Below, in pieces: positions 1 through 12,800 of a stretch of 64,000 bases of DNA. How positions within the stretch are numbered: the stretch's first letter is position 1; each line of letters begins with the position of its first letter. Source of the stretch: Epiperipatus broadwayi (lineage: Eukaryota; Animalia; Onychophora); assembly GCA_028023455.1 (NCBI GenBank), contig JAQFVV010000005.1, forward strand, positions 14,756,001 through 14,820,000. Direction: 5' to 3'. The translations under genes were made by a program, and so were the position numbers. The notes under the pieces were generated by a model. The model was not told where the DNA came from, ran no database searches, and saw nothing but the letters and a program-made list of their open reading frames with translations.

Positions 1-1299
1 AAACTAGGTTAATAAAATAAAAGGAATCAAAACTATAATTACATATTTTCTTGACAATAGTTCCTGATAAGTCCAAAATGTTTATTATTTTCTCTAGAGT
101 TTTAAAATGTTCTCCTCCAAGCGCGTTAAAGTTTAAAAATAAAAATAAATATTAATCCATTTAGTAAAATTTATAGAAAATAATCCTTGGTTTTAGTATT
201 TAGGACGATAATTATTAAATCATAATATTAATTAATCCTGTGAAATTTCTTCAATATTCTCTGCCAATATTCTCTCCGGCATATCCGATGCATCCTCCAT
301 CTAATTTAACTTTAAAAATATTCAGTAAACTTTTTTTTATAATATTTCCATGGATCCATTTTTTATTCAACTATGTGTTAACTTTTTTATATAAGTTTCC
401 TTCTTAATACATTTAAACTTTTGTTTGATATTTTTTTATATATCACTTTTTTAAAAAAAAAACTTCAAGTACTTTTAAACAAATCTTTTCTAAATACATT
501 TTAAACAATTCTAAGACTGGAGGTTTTAATATCAAAAATGCTTCTGTAACATATTCTCCTGGGTTCTTTCTTTAACTCTTGAAAATATTTTTTTAAAAAT
601 GTTACCTTCAGAAAGGATATAACATTTTACTCCTTTTGATATAATATTATATAAAACGATTCATAAGATATAATTGTCTTATTACTATTTTAAAAAATAA
701 ATCTTGGATAAACTTATAAATAATACGTCTCAATACATTTTTTTTTTAGACTCCGTATAATGTCCGAACTGAGGGTTTTATGCACTAGAACAGTTCTCCG
801 GTGAAGCATTAATAAAGCTGTATCAAAATATTCCAAAAACATTTTTATATTATTAGAATTTATATCCATTTTATTCAACAGTATATCCATCTTTTCATTG
901 CGAAGTTTAGGTCAAATTTCAGATAAAATAATCCTGGCAAGTACTTTAAAAAACTAGCAAACCATTTTCACGAAGTTTCTAAATATATTATTTTTTTAAA
1001 CTCTCTTTTGCAAAATACTTCTTAAAAATTATCAATTAGTTTCTGCAAATAAAACTATAAGAAAGTATTAAAAATTGACTAAATAAAAATTTAAAAAATA
1101 CTATCTTCTTTGATAGCTGCTAATATACCTTTCTCTGGTTTCAATACATTATTAAATCTCCCCTGATACCCCCGTGCAATTCATATTTATAGTCTGTAAG
1201 AATACCTCATTTGATTGGTTGATTCTTACTTTTAGCTTGAGAACAAATTTACATATTTTCAATTTTTTACAGAATTAAATCTTTAAAATAAAAATTTAT

Positions 1300-2150
1300 G
1301 ACGTAATAACTCAAAATATTATTTAAAATACCACTTTTAAATCAATTATTACTTTATCAAAATTATTTAAACATTTAAAATAACTTTAATAACCTATTCC
1401 ATTCTTAATATTCCATTTATCCATTTTATTTAAACAAAATATTTAATTTTTTTATTAACTGTATTCGTCTTTATTACATTATCTAAAACATTACATATGA
1501 TAGTTAACTTAATATTTATTATTATTTGCTTTTATGATAGGCAATAATTCCATCCAATTCTATAATATAATCTTTTAAAATATTTTAAACTTTGTTATTA
1601 ATTCAAACAAGCAGTGTTTGTGAAAGTATGCATTATACAAGTCACATGACAATAACTTTGACAGACGATTTTTAATCTATTTCTCTGCCCAGATTTATAA
1701 AATTGATACACTTATTATATTAAATAAAATAATTATAAAAATTTGGAAAAATAATTTAAAATATAGAATTAAATACAATTCTCACCATCATAAAGTTTAT
1801 TTTTAAAATATATTATATTAATTTTGATTATTAAACATAGTTTATAAATTTAAATACTGTATAACATTTATTTATCTATACATTTAAGACTATTAAAATT
1901 GAACCTTTTAAATATACTTTTAATATTTATAGCTGTGTTATTTAATATGGCCAGCTTTTACAACCATATGCAACAATATTTTAAGCTTTACTTAACTACT
2001 TTTAAATGATTCGCTATAATTTTATATACTACGTATTTTCTTAGCTTCAAATTGTACTTTATAACATAATTGACAAACTATAATTAATAAATCAAAAGAA
2101 CATATTCTAAAATTTAAAATTTTTAGTAATTGACTGAGATGGACTATTAC
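1300..2150 (-). mobile_element. Highly decayed RTE-like remnant
   Basis: IVAYGCKSWPY (~1940-1980) resembles the RTE P.L.YG.E.W motif. Confidence 0.3.
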
Positions 2151-2164
2151 TGACCTATAAAAAA

Positions 2165-2725
2165 GGGCACAATATATATATATATATGTAGAGAGAGAGA
2201 GAGTTTTGTCTGTTTTAATAACAGTTATAAGCAAGCATAAGAAATAATGATCACGTGATGTTTATTGACTTAAAACCAATCCTGCCTAATAGGTTAGTGG
2301 TGGCTATGGTTATTAAAGAATCCCAAAGACACCAAAATGTATAGGTACTGAACTGAGTTCAGACCTGTATGATTATATAAACTAATTAGCTTGAATTGAA
2401 ATATTATAGTGTTTTCAATTTAAGTCTCATAGTTTTGTAGTTAAGTAGAAATAAAAGGTGGCTGTTGGTGGGTTGTATTAGTTCCTAAGATCTAGGTGTA
2501 GTGTTCTCAGATTTAAGACTCCTCACTGATGAAGGACACAAGCCAGAAACTAATCTGAGGATATTGGATGAGTAGGCACTAGATGGGAATTTTATGGACA
2601 AGCCTTCTGGCATTCATTGATTACCCTGGTTTGCACTGGGTGGCAATATGTATAAAGTTTTGCCTGTTTTAATACCAGTTATAAGCAAGTATAAGAAATG
2701 GTGGTCATGTGATTTTTATTAACTT
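2165..2725 (+). mobile_element. H1 hammerhead retroelement copy A (one ~454-nt unit plus ~70-nt direct terminal repeat)
   Basis: 2201-2271 is repeated at 2656-2725 (spacing 454). HHR at 2520-2561. No TSD found. Confidence 0.85.
2520..2561 (+). ncRNA. Type I hammerhead ribozyme (H1)
   Basis: TCCTCA CTGATGA aggacacaagcca GAAAC TA ATC TGAGGA: 6-bp stem I, intact core, predicted cleavage after C2555 (AUC). One mismatch in stem II. Confidence 0.75.
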
Positions 2726-5700
2726 ATCTTGTTTTCATCTTTTAAATGTAACTTTGAACAAAAGATATATTATGTCATGCAGGGTAATACATGTTTGATC
2801 ACCTCAAGCAGTGGCTTAAATGAACTTTCTAGAAAAATCACTAGCATATTAATACAGCCAAATTTGAGTTTAAAAAAATTAGAATTGGTTTTTTTTAGAG
2901 GGGGGTGATGCTAACTGAATCCACATCACTCAGATTTTTGGTAATATGACCTCCAACTAGAGGTAAGAAATTTATGTTCCTAGTCTTTCCTAATCACCTC
3001 CATACCTCTATGCTACCATGCCATTCTCACTTGAGAACTGCCTGGATTAAACCCTGAACTAATTCCTGAAAGATGCTAACCATTATTTTTCCTGAACTCT
3101 GTGTTGCTGATCATGCTTTCCATATTTTATTTTTCAGGAGTGTCGACCCGTAGGGCCATCAAGTCATCATGTTGTTGGAAGGTAATCCTGTGTATGCTGC
3201 TAAAACAAACTTTTAAACCTCATTTTATTTAACTATAATTTATTTTAACTGTAATGTAATTCCCCACCTATCTAATAATTGGTGATGTAGTGCCAATTAT
3301 AATAATTCTAATTAATCTTAAGATGACTCTGCTTCTGCAAAACATAAGTGCACTTATTTATGAATCTCTGATCTATAACTGTGTTTCTTAGGTTTCACGC
3401 TTTATTTACATCTTTATTCTGTTAGTGTGGCAAACTTAACCTTAATTAGGTATTGTAATTGAATTGAATTTAATATGCTAATGACTCAATCTAATAAAAC
3501 TGAATTATTTTATTCACCATCCCAATATTATGGGATTCTTAAATATTGCACTATAAGTTTTCTTACCAATTAATAATTGTATATGTTTAATGGCAGACTA
3601 TAAAGTTGTCATTTATGATATCAATTTCCGAATGCTTAACATTATGGGTTTAACTCTATTTTAGATTCTTTAAAGTGGATTTGATGACCTCACTTTTCTA
3701 TTTTATAATTAGTAATTCATTTGTTATGCTATCAAGCATCATAGTTTAACTATATAATTATTTTGGCTGTTGAGCCTAGTTGGGTTTGTTTAATAGAGGA
3801 AACAATATTTTACCCTCCTATTTTTTTTAAAATGACATTTCTAATTAGTATTCACAGTCATATGTGTTCTTTTAAGAATGGATTAATTTCTTCATGTCAT
3901 TATGCTAGATCTGTCAGTGTTATTATGGGCATGACAGCATATTCTGGAGGTCCTGGGTTATTTTTCTTATGACTTGTTTTATCATGGGATATGGAAGCAC
4001 TGACTCAAGGACAGGGTCATGTGGTAGTGAGGTCCTGCATGAGATAATATTGGAAAAACCTGGACCCCAGCATTCCCTATCATCCACTTCCCCAAATACT
4101 ATCTTGTCATAAATGCAGGCAGATTTTCATATTCATTAATATATGATGAAGCTTCTTGGTCCAAAGATGGACTCAACATTTCTTATACTACCATTGTAGT
4201 CAGTACTGCGAACTTATAATTATTTTATATTTTCCATAATAGGTCTATAAGTCATAATGCTATGATTTTTGTAAACCATCCTACTCTTAATCTCTCCACT
4301 CTCTTGGTTAAACATTCTTTTCATATGCAAATGGATAACAGAATTATTAATCTTGCCGAGCCAAATTAGTTATGTGCATATTTACTTCAAATGATTGATA
4401 GAATGTATGATTGTAATCACTGAAATATTAAAATATTTTGCAAGATACTTACACACCGATATGGTGAACCTTAATTACAGGTAATTTTGTATACACAAGG
4501 TTGCATTTCATGTACACATGTCTCATTGATCATTAATTCCATGTCTTGTCTGTCATAGCATAATATGGTAAATCTAATTTAAACTTGATATCTTCTCTCA
4601 GTTAGCATATTAATCGCACTTTCATGAGTACCCATCATATGTTATGTATATATTAATTTTCTATTTGTGCACTCTTTAATACCATCATAATCTATATTTT
4701 GTAATGCATAGTGATAATTTTATAACTTTTCGAGTGTGCAAATCATCAGGTATTGATCACATGAAACCTATCTTGTATTAACTTATGTTGTCACATGTAA
4801 ATAGGCTTATTATTTATGTTTATTAAACTTATATATGTAACTACTCAGGTGTTTGAGTTCTCATTACTTAGATTAATAGTTTTATTAACATTCATAACCC
4901 ATTTTCATTTCAATAACTCATTGTGGGATTGTCTCTCATGTGCATCATGGATAGTTGTTCTATATTATATAACCAATGTTTTTCTTTATACCAATCTAGC
5001 CATTGATACTTCACTAATTTTGTCTTTAGTAAAATATTATTATAACTGGGCAGCTCTTCTTCTAAATGAAGTGTTATTAAATCATTAATTTGATATTCTC
5101 CCTGAAGATCTCTTGTCTCTCTGCTGTGATTCTAGCACTGGAATACATGAAATTCATCTGTTATCAGAGATGTTGTTCATAATGTTATAGATTTAGAGAA
5201 TGGGCAAATAGGGCCAAATTCATGATTGCTCCTAACCTGGGTATCTTGGGCATGATTGGTTTAAGGTACTTTTTTTAGATTCTAACTCTTTCCAGCTAGC
5301 GATACATATTATAATATTTTCATATACATATAAAATGATTAGTGAATTAGAAATAATATCAAATAATGCAGTTCACTAAAAATCTTGGATATAAATTGTT
5401 AAGAAGCAACTAAAATGATCACTCTTATAAAAACAAACGGTTATTAAAAATCTGATAGAAAGAAGAAACAACATTAAAAAATAAACATTCTGAAAAATTA
5501 TTAATAATTCTTTATTTAATAATAAACTTATTTTGGTTAAATTAAATGTATATTAAAGAAAAAAGTAGCATTTTATGAAATAGTTATAGTTTTATTTAAC
5601 TGGGAAAAATTGGACATAAATTTCTACTCAAAGACAAACAATACTTTATTATGGACATTTTTGGTATTTCAGAATTAATTGTGGGTAAAATAAAACTTTT

Positions 5701-6055
5701 ATGCAGAAACACAGCGTCTATAGTAAAAAAAAAAACTATTATTAATTTAACAATAAATTTGCACTGATTCAATTAATAAAACAATAAAATGTAGTGTGTT
5801 TATGTTAAATTTAAAAAAGAATAAAATCATAATTAGGTTTTATTTTTGTGTCTTTGAAAAGTTTAGCAAGTGTCAAAGGCATAGTGGGGGAGACCTCACT
5901 AGTAAATATCTATTTATAAGCACAATCTTTAAACTAATCCACTTTAAACATTTTTCTGATTTTAATAATAGAAAGTTACAATTTATTTTACTAGTATTGG
6001 AAAAAAGTAAATTACAAGGGCTTTGATTTCATTGAAATTATTATTTTGTTTTTAG

Positions 6056-6092
6056 AATTGGGGCCCTTTGGTGTTAGAGTGAACTCAGTTCG
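6056..6092 (+). CDS. SDR gene, 37-nt internal exon, (E)LGPFGVRVNSV(R)
   Basis: Flanked by tttag and gtaag. Encodes the SDR motif ELGxxGVRVNxVxPG in frame with the next exon (CG+C CCT GGT = R-P-G). Confidence 0.85.
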
Positions 6093-6360
6093 GTAAGTTA
6101 TCCTTTTTCTTTAATTATTTTAAACTCAAATCCAATCATTCATAGCACTGTTGTTTATTTTATGACTATTTTTTATAGATGATCATATATTTTTATATTA
6201 ATTGTAGACCTTATCTTTATCTGTTAGCTATCACATGAATAGTGCCACTATCCAAAAAGTCTTTTTAGCCAGAGTTGCTCAAAGAAAAAGAATAATCACA
6301 GATCACACCAAAAGTCTCTGAAATCAACTATTCTTTTTTAAGATATTACTGTACAGTTTA

Positions 6361-7030
6361 AAACAGACAAAACTCTATACTTATTGCCGTTCAATGCAAG
6401 CCAGAGTAATCAATGGATGCCAGAAGGCTTGTGCATAAAATCCCCATCTAGTGCCTACTCATTTAATATCCCCAGACAAGTTTTTGGCTTGTGGCCTTCA
6501 TCAATGAGGAACCTTGGATCTGAGAGCACTGCAGCTAGATCTTAGGATCTAATGCAACCCTCCAAAAGCTGCCTTTTATTTCCACTTAGCTACAAAACTA
6601 TGAATCTTAAATTGAAAACACTATAATATTTTTAATCCAAGTTCATTGGCTTATATAGTCATATAGGTCTGAACTCAGTTCAGTACCTATATATTTTGAT
6701 GACTTTGGTTCTTTAATAACCATAGCCACCACTATCCTATTAGGCAGGATTGGTTTTAAGCCAATAAATATCACATGATTACCATTTTTATGCTTGCTTA
6801 TAACTGTTATTAAAACAGGCAAAACTCTCTATAAGTATTGGCAACAAGCCAGAAACTAGTCTGGGATATTGGATGAGTAGGCACTAGATGGGAATTTTAT
6901 GCACAAGCCTTCTGGCATCCATTGATTACTCTGGCTTGCACTAAATGGTGATATGTATAGAGAGTTTTGCCTATTTCAATAATAGTTATAAGCAAGCATA
7001 AGAAATGGTGATCATGTGGTATTTATTGGC
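6361..7030. mobile_element. H1 copy B: inverted insertion with tail and TSD
   Basis: Minus arm 6361-6844 (one 452-nt unit plus, with decayed HHR at 6470-6509); plus arm 6845-7030 starts in HHR loop II. TSD TTACTGTACAGTTTA at 6346-6360 and 7031-7045. Confidence 0.9.
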
Positions 7031-7949
7031 TTACTGTACAGTTTATTGCCATCACTAATGTAAAATAAATGCATCCACTGCTATCTCAATCCCTGGCAAT
7101 ACCAGAAAGTTGCAGAATGTGAGATTGCTAAAAGATAGTGATAAAACACTGAGATTAATTAATATTAGATGTTTGAGAAAAATGACTAGTTAATTGAAGC
7201 ATTTTACACTGTAAAAAATAAAAGATTTAATAAAGGATACAAAAGTAAAATGCATTGATATGATTAAATGTTTTGAAGTATGAGATTTTGAATTTTATGT
7301 GTAAATTAGACATATTGCAATAAGTTACAAATAAAAGTTTGGTCTTCCAGTCTATAAATCACTTGTTAGAATTAGTGACACATGCTCCATGAGAACAACA
7401 GAATCATTACTTCCTTTAATAATTATAATTTTTATATATAATAATTTTATGTTTATAATATTTTATAAATTTTTTAATAATTGTTTAATAAAAAGGGTTG
7501 GAAGCAAGCATTTATATATTATGATATATTTACATTTATTTTAATTGATCATTAAAGATTAATATAATTTATGCTTTCATAACATGGTGGCATCATTTTT
7601 TTCACAGTCATATATTTATTTGTCGTGTATAAAAATGAATGGATGTATTTTTTGAATAAAATCCATATAGTTTTAAGAAATTATGCCATTGTATGTTACC
7701 ATGATATAACAGCAATACCAAGATATAGATAATACTTTATACCATTATATGTCATTTTTCCCCTGTGAAAGCAAATTAGTAATAAAAACTATATAATACT
7801 TTTTGCCCTATTCTGAATGAAATATGCAATATGGCAAATTTTTTTATTATCATTAAAAGTATTTTTATTAAAATTATTTACATCAGTGAGATAAGAATAA
7901 TATTTTACCCTGCTTTTTGCTTCATATAATACGGAGTTTTATAATGTAA

Positions 7950-8170
7950 TAAATAGAAATAGTTGTAATGCTAGCTGAAATCCAAGTATAAATATGCAAA
8001 TTACTTACAATATTAAAATTATTCCAAAAGTACCTTCTATGATAAACAATCACAAAGTCAATAGACCTCTTATCTATGAGCTTCAAAGATCCTATGGCAT
8101 TAATTTGGACTGGTGTTTGTTTCTCACAGGAATTCATGTGAATTACAGTGATTTGTGTATTTATATTTGG
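7950..8170 (-). mobile_element. Possible Tc1/mariner transposase remnant
   Basis: SPN(L)NAI resembles the SPDLNPIE motif only if a frameshift is assumed; no TIRs found. Confidence 0.22.
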
Positions 8171-9899
8171 AATTCATTTAGTGATTACAACTATTTCTAT
8201 CTATTATTTAGTCATGTTAAGAAGTTTTTCAAAATTTAAAAATGATTACTGTATTAATCTTGTTTTGATACTTAAAATGAAATTGTTAATTTATTAGTTA
8301 TTAAAATGTGTGCTGTGCTTCTTGCATACATAGGTTGATCTTTGCAGTTCATAGATAAAAATTGATTTTTTTATCCATGCTGTTAATTTACAATGTGTTT
8401 GTTTCTTAGAGGAAATACTGCTGGGATGTTTTAACATTGTGAGTGATTTGTGTATTTTTATAATATATATTTTTAAACCATTGTAATTTTAAAGTGAGCA
8501 AAGCTATTGATAAGTGTTGCATAATTGATTCTTTTTTGATAAGGTTGTTTGAACCTATGAGTGTTATTGATAAACAGTAATAATACAAGGGTCCCAAAAT
8601 GTGACATATATGACTGACTGCCATTATCTATTACTTGCAGTCAAAATTTTATTGTGTCTACATCACAGTTAACTAATATTCTTATTTTATTACCATAAGT
8701 AAACATCCAAATATTGTCATTATGTTTAATGTTTTCTTCTTTTGAGAGATGCATTTAGCCAAATTTGTTGCAATGGCTATTTAAAAATTAGACCACTTGA
8801 TTTTCTATTTAATACCTTACTAATTCCTCAATTTAATGATCCTTGTTCAAAGACTAGTCTCATGTTTTTTTTCATGATACCATCTTTCATGTACTGTATT
8901 TTTAAATAAAGACTTATGATTTTTTTTTATTACATCCATATGCTATTTATGTAATAAAACTAATTGATTGGTTTATTGCTGAGGAATTCATAAGAAGTTG
9001 TTTGAGCACCAGAATTTTGGTCCTCTTAATTATTTACAATAAGCTTTAAATAGTCTTTGAAATTTTCTTTATTTCATGTGATATTTATTCCTATTTCTTT
9101 TTTTCATTTACCAGCGATTGATTCTTTTCTTTTACTTCTATATTCAGCTTTTGTTTTTCAATTGTGTACTTACTGGGCTGGCTTTCAATTGTTCTTTCCC
9201 CTTGTTTGAATTCTATTTTATTTATCATGTAATATTATTTGTAAAATGGTAATGTTTAAGCTATAATTACAAACATTGACTGATATTGCAATTGGGTATG
9301 CTTTTAATTCTTAGATTGTTTTACTTCATTTTTTAAGACCATGTAAATGGTTTTTATTATAAATACATTTTCTGCATTTAGTGTAATAGTAGAATAGCAG
9401 ACTCTGGACTGCAACACCTATGGATTATGGCCTGGATCACTTCTGATTGCTTGAACTTCTTAAAAACCTTAAGCAAAAAATTATTTGATGATGATTAATA
9501 ATAATAACCAGTAATAGCAGTAGTATCAGCAGCTGCAGCAGTCACTAGGTGGAGCTTTTCAAAAAGATAAAGTTTTTTTCTCAAAGGTACTCTCTGTTGA
9601 GGGTTAAAATAATTATTAGTTTGAAGGAAAATATTTTAAATGTCAAATATTTTTTAAATTCTAATTCAAATGTTAATATTTCTCATTTAGCTTAGATAAG
9701 GAAAATTCTTATCACGATATAGTTTGTACTGATAATACTACTACAGGAGCAGTGGGAGAGAACAATACCATGTTTGTTAAATTTAAAACTGATTTCACTA
9801 TGTCTGAAGCCTTATCTGATTCTGTTGAAATAATGAAATTTTAAACATAGCAGTATGCCTGCTGCCTTATCTGATTCTATTGAAATAGCTAAGAATATT

Positions 9900-12800
9900 A
9901 AACCAACTTACACTAATATTTTAAAACAAAATTTTGAACAGGATGTCAACAAAACAACACAAGAAAAGTTATCAGAGATTTTCAATTTTGAAAATGAATA
10001 TTAAATGCAACAGGAAAATGCAAATTTATTGCCTATAAGTAATACAGAATATTTAAGTGCTTGTGAAGAATTTACGCTCACAATTCCTTCAACTGTGCTA
10101 AAATCTTATATATATTACTTACGTAATGAGTATGCACTTAATAAATTAATAATAATTAAAACATCTATTATAACTATAACAGTTACTAATTCTTTAATTA
10201 TGAATTTCCCTACCAATGAGTTCTGTGCTTATTTATCTGAAAAAAGCTATGGTCAATCATTTACAAAATCTTAGATCATCCTAATAACAGATATAAAATA
10301 ATAGAATATCATAAAGTGATTCAGAAGCAAATATTTGAAAAACAGATACACTCTCTTGATGGAAAGAGCTACAATGCCAGTATTAACAAATGTTGGAATT
10401 TTCACTATTACTAAACAAGAATATTCAAGCAACAGACCCATCTCCATTGGTAATCACCTTTAGGGGCATTCCACCTCACTGCTTTTATTGTAAAGCTAGA
10501 AGCCATCTTATTAAGGAATGCCCTAATTGCTTTTGTAAGATGTGTGGCCCTAAGAAAAGCAGAATACATCATTGTAGTAATAAATCTGTAACAATCAATG
10601 AGGATATACATATTCAACGTAACCTAGTGGAAAAAAAAGTAGATATTCTCACTAGTAATGAGCAAGATAATATACATCCAATGGAAAACCATAGCCTTCG
10701 TAATTTCAGTCCAGTTGGTATATCCATAATAGAATTAAATAACCAATATAATATCTCCCTAGCAGAGTCAAAAACAGAATGTACAAGTGATACCCTATCA
10801 TTTCCTCACTCTGATGATGAATTCCAATAAGTGAAAGTGAAGACGAGGACACATATCTGAGAGGAAAAAATCTAGTATGGTTTGAAAACTTACACAAGCT
10901 AATGTACCTGATAAAAAATAATGAACTGAAGCCAAAGAAAAAAGTTATAAACTCAACAAAACACAGGCATCTAAAATAAAATAAACTTATAGGTAAAACA
11001 TGTGAAACAGATTATCTGTGAGTCAACCTTTCATTGGACTAGAAAAAATCAAGGTACTAATCCATTGAAACATGAACAAATCCATTTAGCAGGAGTGGAT
11101 GTCCACAAAAGAACAAATAAAACCAAGGATAATATAACATCTACAATCAATCAAAATACAGAATCAGACATTAAATCACCATATAGTATAAACACCCAAA
11201 GTGAACTATGTGAAAAACAAACTCATGAGCAATTAAATGTGGATGAGTAATTATTATCAAAATATTAAAATGTTTATCCTATTTATAGTCAGAAGAATGC
11301 AGAAATCAAAAAAGTATTATTTACCAAGGTAGGTCCACTAATATCACTGGTGTTTTTTTTTTATTATTTTCCATTCCTATATAATAAATTATTGTTTCAC
11401 TTTTATTAATTTTATTTATTTTCTATATTTCATATTAAACTATAATTCATCCTCCATCCTTTTTAAATAGTAATACAAGTCTTTCCATTACTGCAGTAGT
11501 ATTAACTCTACCCAGCATATTTTTGCACTTAGCAATTGGATAAGTCAATTTTCTCCTCATATTTTTTTATTTACAGAAACAAAATGCTGTGTGCATTCTA
11601 TGTTCAACCCAGAACAGTAACTAAGTAATTTGGATACTGTAAATTTTCAACATCTAATATTGCTGCTGCTGGAATAGGGGTTGTTATTCATCATACATCT
11701 CCTTTTCAAACTTTTAAAATGTTATACTTAGATCATCATATAAGTATACTTATACTTTATCATTCTGCTTTCACTCTTAATTTAATAACATTGTATTTGT
11801 ATAAACAACCAGTATTAATTCATCAATTAATAAATAAAGTGAATTTAATATTAGCAACAAATTCTTATCCTACCATAATTATGGATGACTTTAACATGTC
11901 CTATATGAGTTTTACGTTAAAACAATAAGAATCTTATGAGTGCTGAAGCCTTTTTTCCAACTAACTCCATTTCCTTCTATACTAAAAATCATTCTTCTCT
12001 AATAGACTTTCTTCCTATTCTCCAGATTTACATTTCATAATAAGCCCATCTCTCTGCCCTATCACCTTTGCTGATCATTTAGGACTTAATGTAAAAGTCA
12101 TGATGCACATGCAAATATCAACCAATTCTTCCCTAAATAATACAACCCATCTTCTATTAAAAACCACTGCACCTGAGGCAGTCTTCTCAGAAATCTATAT
12201 TTATTTTTAAAAGATATAAATACTATTTCTAAACCCAGTTGAAGCCTAGTTATCTTTTATTAATATAGTATCTTCACATTTTACTTCAAAAAATTATTCC
12301 TCCACTAGTCTTGTTAAAAAATTGAATATGCTACATTTGAAACTAAAAAAACGCATCATGTGAAACCTCTACAGTCAATTCAATAATGTTCTTAAAACAA
12401 GAGTTCAAGAAAATTCGACTCATACTAGCTGGTTATCTCTCAATTAAAAAAAGCAAAAATTTTCCTAGCCAATTGCCAGTAGGTCTTAGGATATATTTCT
12501 AAGGAATTAACTTCTTCATCTATTATTAATGAGTCAAAAATTATTGCTGGTGAACATATGCTTCCTCTAATATATTTTATCTTTAAAGCTAGACTCTGGA
12601 AACTTCCTTTTTTAAGCTCTCTTCTTTCTACTTTGGTATTACCGCAGATTATCATAATATTACCAAAGGATGAGATTGCTCTGAAATTGAACTCTATTCC
12701 ACAAAACACACATTCAGGAAAACATGCTATTTCCAAATTTTTACTAGCTCATCTTAGTCATTTTACTATTCTAATAGTCCATAATATAATAAATTACCTC

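Noticed and set aside
1-1290. Minus-strand fragments resembling a gag or other TE protein (e.g. RKNPGEYVTE)
   Set aside because: A single weak motif amid many stops; not enough for a call.
3138-3181. Exon-like segment (ttttcag ... gtaat) upstream of the SDR micro-exon
   Set aside because: The frame needed to join the next exon contains TAG, and no frame gives SDR motifs.
6080-6091. 12-nt identity between the SDR exon (TGAACTCAGTTC) and the H1 hairpin
   Set aside because: The exon sequence encodes the conserved VNSV motif; the match is short and most likely chance.
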